A DNA stretch of 63,484 nucleotides, counting the filler, from Octopus bimaculoides (lineage: Eukaryota): the NCBI RefSeq assembly GCF_001194135.2. It is 4 parts of 4 records of this genome, joined end to end, with 100 filler letters (N's around TTAATTAATTAA, not from the genome) between each part and the next. Parts side by side here need not be neighbours in the genome. Positions count along the whole stretch, not along the records: positions 1 to 20,496 come from NC_068982.1; 3 more parts are not named here. The stretch is one strand, 5' to 3'. Both the position numbers and the translations under genes were made by a program. Below are positions 1 to 11,976 of the stretch, piece by piece. The notes beneath the pieces are model-generated. The model was not told the origin of the DNA. It saw only the letters and a list, made by a program, of their open reading frames with translations, and made no database searches. The number at the start of each line of letters is the position of its first letter. Position 1 is the stretch's first letter.

Positions 1-56
1 GTGTGGGGTGGGCATATCTGTGTGTAAAATATCTAATGACATATATACATTGGTAA

Positions 57-146
<90 letters not shown>
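57..146. repeat. (GATA)n microsatellite
   Basis: Perfect ATAG tandem run read directly. Confidence 0.95.
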
Positions 147-697
147 TCAATTAGTTATTAAATCAAAGTTAATCTTAGCTTTTAGAAGTGTAAAATATTT
201 CATTACATTAGGCTAAGTAACCCAAGTCTGCTAATAAAGTCAATGTCAGTTACTAATTGGTCACCGTCGTTTATAAAACTGCAATGGTAACTGCTTAATA
301 TTGGGAAAACAGCCTTTGAAACAAGAGCATTTGGAGACCTATGAAACCTCGATGTAGAGAAGCATTCTTTTCAAAATTTACTCCAATAGAAAAGACATTT
401 TCGTTTACATATAGAGCATCAAAGCAAATGGTGCACGTGCACCAATAGTTGCTTATGATAACATATTATGAGAAACAAATATTGTTATTTTAACGGATTT
501 GTTTTCTTTTTACAGTCCGAGAAAGATTTTTGTCCTTTTCCTGTATATTTTCAAAGATTAGCTAAAAGTTATTTCTTGATTGAGAGATTTTCGTTTGTTT
601 AACACAGAAGCCCCCAATTACGTCCTCCTAGTGTATATGATTTAATCAAGTTATATACTATATGAATTATTAAATCATATTAACTCCGTATATTGGG

Positions 698-906
698 TGG
701 CGGCATGGCAGAATCGTTTGAACACCGGGTAAAATGCTTTGCAGTATTTCGTCCGACTCTACGTTCTGGGTTCAAATTCCGCCCAGATCGACTTTGCCTT
801 TCATCCATTCCGTGCTGTTAAAATAAGTAACAGCTGAGTACTAAGAACGATGTTATCGACTTACCCCTCCACCGAAATTGCTGGCCTTTTGCCGAAATTT
901 GAAATC
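698..906 (+). mobile_element. tRNA-headed SINE, family A (tail variant 1), diverged
   Basis: GGCGGCATGGCAGAATCG head, B-box-like GGTTCAAATTCC, GATCGACTTTGCCTTTCATCC core; tail AAATTGCTGGCC..AAATTTGAAATC shared with the copies at 55883 and 62009. Confidence 0.8.
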
Positions 907-2492
907 AATATATTAAATCAGCTAATGACTTAGTCATTTCACTATATATAAAATCATTTTGCGGGTTCCCATACTCTACTGATTTTTGACGAAACGATGA
1001 GATACACTATCACTAATAAGAACTGATTTAAAATAAGAGGAACGGAANNNNNNNNNNATATATATATATATACTTCCATTATCATGGTTAGTATTTCAGA
1101 AACTGGTGGTGTTATTCGTGTATTTTCAATTATGTGTACCTTCCGACATTTAGCCATTAATCGTGTCATATTGCATGAAGCAATGAGGCAATTGCTATAA
1201 CTGCTAGGGCTGTTTTAAATATCTGTTGTAGGGCATCGGTCAAATGTTTCTATCATCTTTGGGCATTGCAATATATTAATTAAATGCACTTTTACCGTGT
1301 ACTTTAACGAAATGTCCTCTTTTAGATGAAATTGATTTATTGCTTTCTTGGTTAAGATATTTGCACAGGACAGATATACGCTGTCGATCATTTCGAGTAA
1401 ATCATCAAAATCTATATTTCAAATAGCTTTTCTTATATTATATCGATCGATTTTGTTTTTCATCAAAATATCTGAAGCTGCTGCATAATCATTACAGTCT
1501 TCACAGTCTTTACAGTCTTCACAAATATTTACTATTTGAAGTTAATTACCCTAATAAATAACACTGAAATATAATTGTGTACTTTAAAATGTCTTATGGT
1601 TTAAACTTTAGATCAGACATATCAAAAGACTAACTGGAATTATATGTAACATTACATGAAAAATATATTTATTCTGCATATTTCATACGATAAAGGCAAT
1701 GTATTGGGTACCGACAATATACAATAACACAGATCCTTGAAAAATGCTGCCATTTCTAAAATAAATAATTGATTGAAAGCAAAATGACGAAATAATAAGG
1801 ATATTTTGAAAAACATTTATTTTATCGTATACATACATTTTACTGGAATTTGTCGTTGTAGAAGCTGAGCTATTGTAACAAGAAATTGTGGCTTAGAATG
1901 AAATCGTTCCAGTCACTTTTAAATTAAGTATTTGATTGTAAGTGCCCACATATAACAAAATATATTGCAAATGGTGTTTCCCAGTTTTCAGTCAACTTAC
2001 ATCATATGGCAACTGAAGTGGAACAATTTTCGTGCAAAACAGAATAAAATTTAAATGTTTCAGAACACTAGTGTTATAGGATGACAAATCACTAAAGTTT
2101 TTATTTTTGTTTTCTTTGTTGTTTAATCTTTGTTCCTTTTCGTTTTCTAAATATCAATGTTTATGTGAAATATATTTACAATGCAGTACAAAATTGTCTG
2201 TACGGTGAATAAAAAAACAAACTATATTTATTCTTTACCATCACCCAACATAGTATATGATGGAAAATTATTGTAGTACAGTAACCCAATTTTTGTTTGA
2301 GAATAGAAATGAAATGGAAATTGCTCACCTTTGAGATTTACGACTTTTTTTTTTTTATCAAATTTGGAATTAAATATTACAAAACTTGTTGTTGGTCATG
2401 AAAAACAATAATCTCATTAATACACAATGTCTGCTCACTTAATTATTCATCTTAGAAATTTACATTAATAAACATTACATATTTTTATATTT

Positions 2493-2495
<3 letters not shown>

Positions 2496-2555
<60 letters not shown>

Positions 2556-2644
2556 TGATGATGATGAGGAGGAGCAGGAGGAGGAGAAGAAGAAGAAGAA
2601 GAAGAAGAAGAAGAAGAAGAAGAAGAAGAAGAAGAAGAAGAAGA
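2496..2644. repeat. compound (TAA)n-(GAT)n-(GGA)n-(GAA)n microsatellite
   Basis: Read directly; explains the poly-I/M/R/F/L pseudo-ORFs in the track. Confidence 0.95.
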
Positions 2645-5090
2645 TTTTTTTATTCACCACTGAGGGTTTATATAAGAGATTGGGGACGGCACAGGACAAC
2701 ACAATACAAAAAGAATGAGATTTAAACGTGCAAAAATGTAATAATAAGAATTATAATAGATAAATCCTCAATAGTAAGAAACTCCCGAAGGCTGCTCGTG
2801 GAAACCCCACAAAAATCAGCATTGCCCTGATCTCTAGAGCAAGAGTCCTCTTCGATTTAGAGGCACATGCTTAGAGTAAGCCCGTTCACTCGGGCCATTC
2901 GCGCTATATCCACACACCTTTTAACAAAATTGCTGGAAGGTAGCACTTCCCGCTCTACTCTCACTTTCCTGTTCAAGTTGATGAGGGCTTAGCCAAAGAG
3001 GAAAGTGCTTGTCTTCAGCTCTTTCAACCTGGTCCACCACAAAACCTCTCTCGTTAAGGCCACCAGACAACGAAACATTCCTTGCTCTCTCCTACCAAAG
3101 AAGGTGGTGTGCGATCTTCACGATAGACTCAGCTGATAGCCAGATCCGTCCTACACACGACAACAGGTTTTCGACATAAACCCACAACTCAGCAATGCTG
3201 CGGAACGGGACGAGAGCATATAAAACAGTTTTGCCGCCCTGCCCGTACCTCGGAAGCCCAGTTAACGGTATTTCCATGCCTGTAGAGTTTCTTCCGGACG
3301 GCAATACTACCCCACCACACACTCCTGGGTAGCACTGCCAGGCCAGGGATTTCTGGAAGTTTTCCATGGTCCCCGGCTCGAAAGTCTTTCGGAATAGACC
3401 AGCCAACTCATTCTCATCGACGCACAGTCTTCCCAAGGACGTCGTCGCACTTGCTCGCTACTAACTTATAGATTGCCTGAGTGGAATTTCCACCACCACA
3501 TTGCCCGACTAACAGAGAACTGTGAGCGGCTGAAGAAACTCTAGGTGTCAGACGCTTTGCCTCGGTCTCCGCTTGATCCTGTACTGCAGAGCAAAGAGAC
3601 GTGTTGCGGGAAATTTTATCTGACAAATGGCGACCACACTTGCTCACCGTCTAGGAAGTACTGGAAATCTCGCAGCGTCAGCACATTTCTGCGCATCAAC
3701 AGCCACGGTATACCAAGCCTTCCATTTAGCAGGTTCTTGACAGCAAATGGAACACCCTTTTCCACAAGAAGCGGAAGAGCACATGCTCCAGTTTGGTCAG
3801 ATTTAAACAGGGGCAAAGCTCGACGGGTGAACGATATATGACGGAGGTGATGTATGCATTCGCCACCTCTATCCGGCCTTTCAGGGATAGTTTTCTCTCA
3901 GCCCATTTCTAGCTGAGATTGGCCAACCTGATCGTCATCTCGTCCCAGTTCTTCTCCACCTGGGGATATGGAGCAAACCACACCCAAGCAATTTTGCGGG
4001 TCCCTGCGTCAAGTGTTCCACGCCGTTATTGAACGGCATGGATCACAAAGGTGCCGAGCTGCAGGCCCACTGACTTTTTTTGGTTAATTTGAGCTCCTGT
4101 CTCCGCCTCATATTCTTTTAGAGTAGTGCCAACCAGGTTTCTCTGTCTGCTGTTCGACATTAGGACAGTGATGTCGTCTGCGTATGCTGACAAGATTCTC
4201 CTACGTCCTAGTTCGCGCGCGATACCTCTCAACACCACAAAGTTCTGCAGTAATGACTCAAGATCCAGTACATACAGACGGGAGGGGAAAAAGTGCCCTT
4301 GGTGAACCAAACACATGATCTTGTTTGGATTTTTTCATAACAATGCCACCACTTCTCGATTCACAGAATGGGAAACTCTCGCGTTCTGCTACCAGTTGCA
4401 GTAGATGTCAACTAAAAGGCCACCAAACAAGTCTGGCATATAGAAGTAAAGCTCATAGGGCAGACCATCCAAACCATGCGATTTTCCAGTCATCGCATAC
4501 CGTATTTCCGTGGCTTTTCGCAACGCTCCGCCCCACTTTCCGAGAGCTGTCGCATGCCGTTGAGGTAGACACTGAACGCTATTCTGCATCCCGGCCTGCC
4601 ATTCGTCTCAAACGGTTGAGCAAAGTGCTATAAAAATGCCGCACACATTTGCTCGGACACGAGTGTCATGCGCCCAATTCAGGTCCACTAAAGACCGAAT
4701 CGTCATGTTACACTTCTGCTAATCAGGCCCAACGTGCAGCTGTGGTTCTTTCCCCTGTTAGAGCACGCACATTAGCTCTGACAATACAACCTTCATATTT
4801 TGTGTTGAGGAATTGGTCCAAAACCAATCTCTCGGCCAGCACGTTAGTTTCAATGACTTTCCTAAGCGCCTCTTGTAAGTTTCTAAATTCTAATCTATCA
4901 CTAATACTTTACTAAACCTAACTGATTCTATTCTAATTGCCTTTTCAGGGCAAACCTTCATTTGTTGTTTACGATTGACCTCGTCAACACCTTCTTTATA
5001 AATTTTCTAAACCTGCCTCTATAAGTTTAGCACGCCCGGAGTGAAGCATCTAACTTCCATTAAACAGGTCCTTCACATTTAAACCTATTT
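2645..5090 (-). mobile_element. Tx1/L1-like non-LTR retrotransposon, 5'-truncated, ORF2 decayed, 3' end intact
   Basis: Minus-strand pieces in ORF2 order: GPV*WKLDASL (end of the APE domain, ~5070-5035), KSHGLDGLPYELY, SAYADD (YADD 4173-4184), GAQINQKKS, GGLGIPWL-like segment, decayed Zn-knuckle, C-terminus ..WWTRLK..RKVRVEREVL..ARMARVNG..CL*; AATAAAAAAA at 2645-2654. Many stops and frameshifts. Confidence 0.85.
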
Positions 5091-6155
5091 TTGGTCGACC
5101 GTACAGCATGTGTTCGACATGAAACCCACTGGTCAGCAATGCTCGGGCACTGGACGAGTGCATGCAGGGCTATCTTGTCGTCCTGTGTTCATCTCCAACA
5201 TGCTGGGCTGACAGCACTTTCATGCCTATATAGATTATCTCGAACACGCAAAGCTCACCGGCAGTACCAGAGATTTTTGGAAGTTATCCATCGGTCACGC
5301 GTCGAAAATACTCCAAAAAAGAGTGATTAGTAATCTTCTTCAACACCCACTGTCTCCCCAATACCGTCGTTACACTTTCTCTCCACTAATCCTCTATAGA
5401 AAGCTAAATTGGACTGTCCACTTATTGCAGTATCCGACTGGTTGAGAGTTGTGAGCACTTGAAGACATTCCACTTTTCAAATGCTTAGTCACGTTCTCTG
5501 TTTGACCTACGACAGCAGCTCCGTTACATGAACCAGCTGGGGAAATACGCGTCTGACGAACAGCGACCACACCTATTCACCATCATGGAAGCACTGGAGA
5601 TGTCGTAGCCTCAGCACATGTCTGTAAATCATCAACCACAGCATTCCCAGACCACCACGCAGCGAGTGTTGACATCAGAGAGAGCCCCTGTTCATCGGGA
5701 CGCATCCCTTCCACAAGAAGCGGAAGAGTATACGCTCCAACGTAATCAAACGGTGGCCGGGACAAGGCCCGACGGTCAAGCAGTACTAGATGACGAATAC
5801 AATGTACGCTCGACCTTTCAAGGATAGCTTCTATCGGCTCATTTCTGGGTGAGAGTAGTCACTCTGCTCGATACCTCATCCCAATTTGTGTCCATCTGTG
5901 GGTTCAGACCAAACAATACCCTGAACAATTTTACCTGTCCGTCCGTCCAGCTCCCAACGATGCAGTTGGACGGCATGGACTTGCTTTTCCTGGTGCCGAT
6001 CCATAAGCTCACTGATTTTACCTGGTTAATCTTCGCTCCTCATACTGCCTCGTAGTTCCTGAGAGTTATACCGATCATTTCGATGTATTTATTTTCCGAC
6101 ATCACTCCGGTAACCTCGTCGGCATATGCCGAAACGCATCTCCCACATTCTAGGT
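5091..6155 (-). mobile_element. second Tx1/L1-like ORF2 fragment (RT core to Zn-knuckle), head-to-tail with the first
   Basis: Minus-strand SAYADEVT (YADE 6115-6126), GAKINQVKS, CWR*TQDDKIALHALVQC knuckle; DNA collinear with roughly 3130-4200 of the first copy. Confidence 0.8.
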
Positions 6156-6178
6156 CATGCGGGAGGAGTGGTTGCATA

Positions 6179-6343
6179 GGCACGGGAGTGGCTGTGTGGT
6201 AGCTTGCTTACCAACCACATGATTCCGGATTCAGTCTCACTGCGTGTCACCTTCGCAAGTGTCTTCAACGATAGCCTCGGGCCGACCCAAGCCTTATGAG
6301 TGGATTTATGAAGGAAATAGACGGAAGCCCGTCCTGTATATAT
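6179..6343 (+). mobile_element. tRNA-headed SINE, family B, 5' half running into a (TA)n gap
   Basis: GGCACGGGAGTGGCTGTGTGGTAGCTTGCTTACCAACCACATGATTCCGGATTCAG matches the reverse complement of 21240-21385 and 51890-52027. Confidence 0.8.
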
Positions 6344-6941
6344 NNNNNNNNNNNNNNNNNNNNNNNNNNNNNNNNNNNNNNNNNNNNNNNNNNNNNNNNN
6401 NNNNNNNNNNNNNNNNNNNNNNNNNNNNNNNNNNNNNNNNNNNNNNNNNNNNNNNNNNNNNNNNNNNNNNNNNNNNNNNNNNNNNNNNNNNNNNNNNNNN
6501 NNNNNNNNNNNNNNNNNNNNNNNNNNNNNNNNNNNNNNNNNNNNNNNNNNNNNNNNNNNNNNNNNNNNNNNNNNNNNNNNNNNNNNNNNNNNNNNNNNNN
6601 NNNNNNNNNNNNNNNNNNNNNNNNNNNNNNNNNNNNNNNNNNNNNNNNNNNNNNNNNNNNNNNNNNNNNNNNNNNNNNNNNNNNNNNNNNNNNNNNNNNN
6701 NNNNNNNNNNNNNNNNNNNNNNNNNNNNNNNNNNNNNNNNNNNNNNNNNNNNNNNNNNNNNNNNNNNNNNNNNNNNNNNNNNNNNNNNNNNNNNNNNNNN
6801 NNNNNNNNNNNNNNNNNNNNNNNNNNNNNNNNNNNNNNNNNNNNNNNNNNNNNNNNNNNNNNNNNNNNNNNNNNNNNNNNNNNNNNNNNNNNNNNNNNNN
6901 NNNNNNNNNNNNNNNNNNNNNNNNNNACATATACATATACA

Positions 6942-7228
6942 TACGAGGGGTGTATGAAAAGCCTTGAGCCTCAAGAAAACAAAACATAGTACAAGACTTC
7001 TGATGATTTATTTTTCAACATAGTCCCCCTCCATGGCTGAACACTTTCTCCAGCGGTGATGAACTCTTTTGTTTGAGACTCCAAGAAACTTCCTACAGCA
7101 TCTATGACGTCATTGTCACTGGCAAAATGGTGACCAGCCAGGACTTTTTTAATTTTTGGGAATAGATGAAAGTCAGAGGGGGCTAAGTCTGGTGAATAAG
7201 GTGGATGGGGAACAAGTTCGTATCCACA
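6942..7228 (-). mobile_element. mariner (DD34D) transposon 3' remnant
   Basis: Minus-strand translation CGYELVPHPPYSPDLAPSDFHLFPKIKK (HPPYSPDLAPSDFHLF at 7160-7207); terminus TA-CGAGGGG at 6942-6950 is typical of mariner TIRs. Confidence 0.85.
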
Positions 7229-9852
7229 ATCAGAAAAGGGAGCTTAAAAGCGAACAAAAATACAGGGCACTGAAAAGTAAGTACAATATTGAAAGAAATA
7301 GCCTGAATGAAGTAACAGAGGAACTGAAAAAGCGCCTCGTTGCAGAGAAAGCAAAGAGGGTAAGATATGACCAAAGAATGACGGGTTACTACCAAAATAG
7401 GTTATTCAGAGATCAGAAGAGATTCTATAAAGATTTGAATGGAGAGTGCAGAGATGAAAAGTTGATACCGGATAACAATGAAAGTCAAATATTTTGGAGT
7501 GACATCTGGAGCAAAGACAAGGAACACAAGAAGGATGCTGAATGGTTGCAAGAACTGAAGAAAACAGTAGTCTGTCCAAAACAGGCAGAACTAGTCATTT
7601 CAGTTAGGGAAGTGAAGGAAATCAGCAAAAAATGAGCAACTGGAAGGTCCCGGGACCAGATGGAGTTCAAGGTTAGTGGATTAAAATATTTGGCGAATGT
7701 CATGCACGAATAGCTGCACAACTCAACACCTTGTTAAATGCCGACCAAGTAATACCAGAGTGGTTGACATTGGGTAGGACAGCGCAGTGCTTGAAAAATA
7801 TCGTAAAAGGCAATACGGTAGACATTTACAAGCCGATATCCTGTTTGCCACTTATGTGGAAATTATTGTCTGGAATACTCGCAGTATCAATGTACGAATA
7901 TCTGGTAAAAATGGAGTCCTCCCACATGAGCAGAAGGGTTGCAAGCATAAGTGCAGAGGTACCAGGGATCAACTCCTGGTACACAAAACTGTACTCAGAG
8001 ACTGCAGGAGGAGGAAAAGTAACTTAGCCATGTCATGGATCGACTGTCTTAAGGCGTACGATATGATCCCACACTTTTGGATTATGGAATGTATGAACCT
8101 ATTTGGCATTGCATCGAATGTTGAGCGATTGCTTGGAAAAAGTATGGCGAAAAGGACGACGGACCTGACAGCATACGGAAGAAGTTTAGGGACAGTAGAA
8201 ATCAGGAGAGGCATCATCCAAAGGGACTGCCTGTCCCCACCCATCTTTGTACCAATAACACTGATTCTCAGGAAAGCAAAAGCTGGCATTTATTCAAAAG
8301 CCACCAACAAAAAGTCAACCATTTGTTATTCATGGATGACCTCAAGCTTTATGGTAAAGGTGAATCCCAAGTCAATTCCCTCGTTGATACGTTGTATACT
8401 TTCAGTGCTGATATCAGAATGGAGTTCGAGCGGAGAAAATGTGATGTGTTAGTCCTGAAGAAAGGCAAAGTCAAATGTATGGACGGGATAACGATACCGT
8501 CGGTGGAGGTTATGAAGCAGGTAAAAGAGACGGGCCATAAGTACTTTTGATTTTGGAAATGGATAAATTAATAGAGAAAGAAATAACAGAATAATTTAAG
8601 GTGGAGTACTTGCGCAGACTGAGACTGATCCTTTAGTCAAAATTAAACGGACTGAATAAGATTGAAGCTATCAACACTTGGGCTGTTTCACTCCTTAGAT
8701 ATGGGACAGGGGTGAACACATGGACAGTAGACGAACTAAACTGCTTAGACAGAAAGCAAGGAAGTTGCTAAATAGATATGGGTCACTCCACCCAAAAAGT
8801 GACACAGACAGACTGTATGTACCTAGAAAAAGAGGTGGGAGAAGACTGATTGGATGAGAAAGCAGTATTAGAGCAGAAGAAAACAACATAGCATGGTGTG
8901 TAAAAAAGACACAGAATCGCTATTATTAGAAGAATGTCAGGCTTGTGTAGGATGAAAGATTGCAAAGATAAAGCACTGTACAAGCGATTGAAAACGAATG
9001 AAACTGATATATCGGTGGGTAAAGAAAAGAATGCATGGACAATTTCATAGGGATGTTGAAGATAAGACAGACAGAGAAATAAGATGGCTGTGGATGAGTA
9101 AAAGTGATTTAAAACCGGAAACGGAGCCTCTAATCTGTGCTGCCTAAGATGAAGCACTAAGTACAAATTACATAAAATACAGAATGGACAACACGTCAGA
9201 AAGTGATAAGTGCAGAATTTGTGTACAAATGATGAAATCGTATGGCATATTACCAGTCAATGAACGCCACTAGCCCAGAAGTAATATAAGAGACGCCACG
9301 ACAATATAGCAAGACTTGTCCATTGGACGCTTTGCAACAAGTATGTACTTGACAGAGCAAAAACTTCGTACGACCATAAACTCGGAGGCATAATCGAAAA
9401 TGATAATGCAAAGATCCTGTGGGATTTAATGATTCAGAGCGACTATAAAATTGAGAATAAGAAGCCAGATATAATGTTAATTGAGAAAGAAAGCGAACTA
9501 TGCTCAGCTGACAACAAGGTATGCGATAAGGAAGAAAGAAAAGTCAATACATTTGACAGGTTAGTTTGGGAGGTTAAGCAGTTGTGGTTGCGGAAATAAG
9601 TAGTAGTAATACCAATAATTGTCGAAGCCATGAGAACAGTGAGAAAAAAACTCTTGAAAAGTACATGGAACAAGTAGGAGCTGCAATAATGGTGGAGCAC
9701 TTGCAGAAAAGAGCACTGCTTGGAACCGCTCAAATACTCCGGAATGGACTCGAAAAATAAGGGATGTTACCTTATTTCACTGGTAGTTAACAGCTAATGC
9801 CGTAGTACATCTCCAGCGTTAGACGCTGTGCAAAGGCAACAATAATAATACT
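7229..9852 (+). mobile_element. R4/Dong-like RLE-type non-LTR retrotransposon, 5'-truncated, frameshifted
   Basis: [67 protein letters not shown] (8329-8340), decayed CRIC..H..* knuckle (from 9211), RRHD, KPDI (RLE), GTAQILR..K* (stop 9758-9760), short 3' UTR ending AACAATAATAATA. Confidence 0.85.
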
Positions 9853-10084
9853 ATGTTTTGTCTTTGTATAAAAGATGGGCTACTGCAAATATTCTGATCA
9901 ATACCATAGAATTGCTTATCATTTGATCAGTTGCGCTTGCTCCTTGGTGGCTGACGATATGTGCATCATGAGCAGATGTAATGGGGAGCACCATAGCCAT
10001 GTGTTGAGAGGAATTCTTTGGGGTTTGAATAAATTCACTCTTGGAAACATGGCTGTTTCGTTGATCATCTTTAAACAAACTTTA

Positions 10085-10318
10085 TTCTGAGACCATTTGA
10101 GGGGGATAGGCTACTCGACCTGAAGAAAATTCGAACTGGGTCCCACCAGCAAGGTCATGCGCTGTTTATCTTGATAATAGATCACCATGTCACGCACATA
10201 TGGTTGTGTGGCATGTGGTTCTTGTGTTCCTTATCAGACGGGTAGTCATGATGGGTATATGGGCTTCGTACATTTGTACCCCAGTGCCAATTTGATTGCA
10301 TGCACTTCTCTCTCACTC
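10085..10318 (+). mobile_element. probable retroposon 3' end running into (AAT)n
   Basis: GC-richer segment ending CTCTCTCACTC directly followed by (AAT)n; resembles an abundant octopus repeat from memory; single copy in this window. Confidence 0.35.
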
Positions 10319-10358
<40 letters not shown>

Positions 10359-10478
10359 GGAAGAAGAAGAAGAAGAAGAAGAAGAAGAAGAAGAAGAAGA
10401 AGAAGAAGAAGAAGAAGAAGAAGAAGAAGAAGAAGAAGAAGAAGAAGAAGAAGAAGAAGAAGAAGAAGAAGAAGAAGA
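10319..10478. repeat. compound (AAT)n-(GAA)n microsatellite
   Basis: Read directly. Confidence 0.95.
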
Positions 10479-11895
10479 GGGCAAAAATAATAAGCAGCAT
10501 CTGTAATCTTATGTAGTTTTTTCACTATGCCCCCTTGCGTAGCGCTGACACTATGTGACCTTAGAAAAGTATCTATTGCTGTTGTTTCTTGTATTACTCT
10601 ATACCACCTTAAAACGGTAGGTCCCGGTGTACTTTCTGAAATTCTGAAGATAATTGATTCCGCCTTTGATCTGAAAACTACTGATAACAAAAAAGATTGC
10701 TGAAAATCAAACTGCTTCCTTGAGCCCAAACTTCAGTATCCGATCGCATTAATTAACTTTTAACTACTTTTAATACATATGATGACGGGTAGCTTTTAAC
10801 TAAGTTATGCTTCAAACACCTAGATCAGTGGTTCGAAAAATGACTTTATAACACCACCATCAACTTTCCAGATATACTAAAATAAATATGATCATCCTCT
10901 GATTTATAGCGCTTAACATCCATCCTTAAGAGGTGAACTCTTCCTTCTTTCGAGTCACTGATTTAAATACATCGGAAATATGACGGTTAGATAATTAAAT
11001 ATGTACTCGAATATGTAGACAAATAACTAGGTAATTTGCTGTTTCTTTAATTACGCTGACTAGCAGAAAGCAATTACAACAGTGAGCAGATAAATACATG
11101 AATAAATAGATAGTTATCAGGACAGATAAATATATAAACAGATACACAGACACACTCAGTGACTAGTAACAAGATATTAATGCCTTCGTACTGTTTGTAT
11201 TATGACCCCATCGATCCTCCTAAAGTAATTTATGAAAATGCGCTACCTCCATTAATAACTTGTAGTCTCTCTGGCGCAAAACAGAGAGGAAATGTTTATC
11301 TAGATTCATAGAAACCAACATGAAAAAGTTAACAAATTAACCAGTTTTCTCATTAAGTTATATTATTGATATCAATATATCAATACATCAATATCCATAT
11401 TAGATTCTTCATTGAGTTCTTGATATTGATTCAATTAAAAGCATTACAATTCACTATTCCGTCTGTTGTCACGAGATCAATTAATAAAGTTAATCAGAAG
11501 CGTCGATGCTGCTAAATGAAATTCCTCCTTATGTCACACAGTATTTTCTGATAAAATAACGTAATGTCTATATGTAGACATCTTTTAATAGAAAACGAAG
11601 TTTTTGTGACCTCAGGATTTCTTTGTATATATGATTATCAAATATGTTTTTTATATGACACATTTTGAATATTTGTATTGCTTACAAGCTTCCAACGAGA
11701 CGATCACTAGTTCTCTCCAGTATCAACACGCAAAAGTACAAAAATAAGAAAGGAGAGCATTGAAATATATCGAAATTGATTCAGGGTATACAAGATTCTT
11801 TTCAGTTTGCACGTCAGTACTTATGCACAGTCATATACACAATCATGTACACAGACAAAATATCACACATGACGCCTATACATACATATATGCAA

Positions 11896-11949
<54 letters not shown>

Positions 11950-11976
11950 GGTAGAAAATATTTTAGTGGGAGAACA

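Noticed and set aside
2475-2725. Poly-I/R/F/L ORFs here and similar ones at 10187-10729, 40567-41641, 50057-51596 and 62544-62891
   Set aside because: They are translations of triplet microsatellites with no gene structure.
6244-6987. Long ORFs containing X runs (also 12485-14550, 27971-33179, 45502-48551, 57806-60390)
   Set aside because: They are open only because N gaps contain no stops.
7156-7228. ORF 7156-7635 as one protein N-terminus
   Set aside because: Its first ~24 codons are the antisense of the mariner transposase; the ORF is a chance fusion across the mariner/R4 junction.
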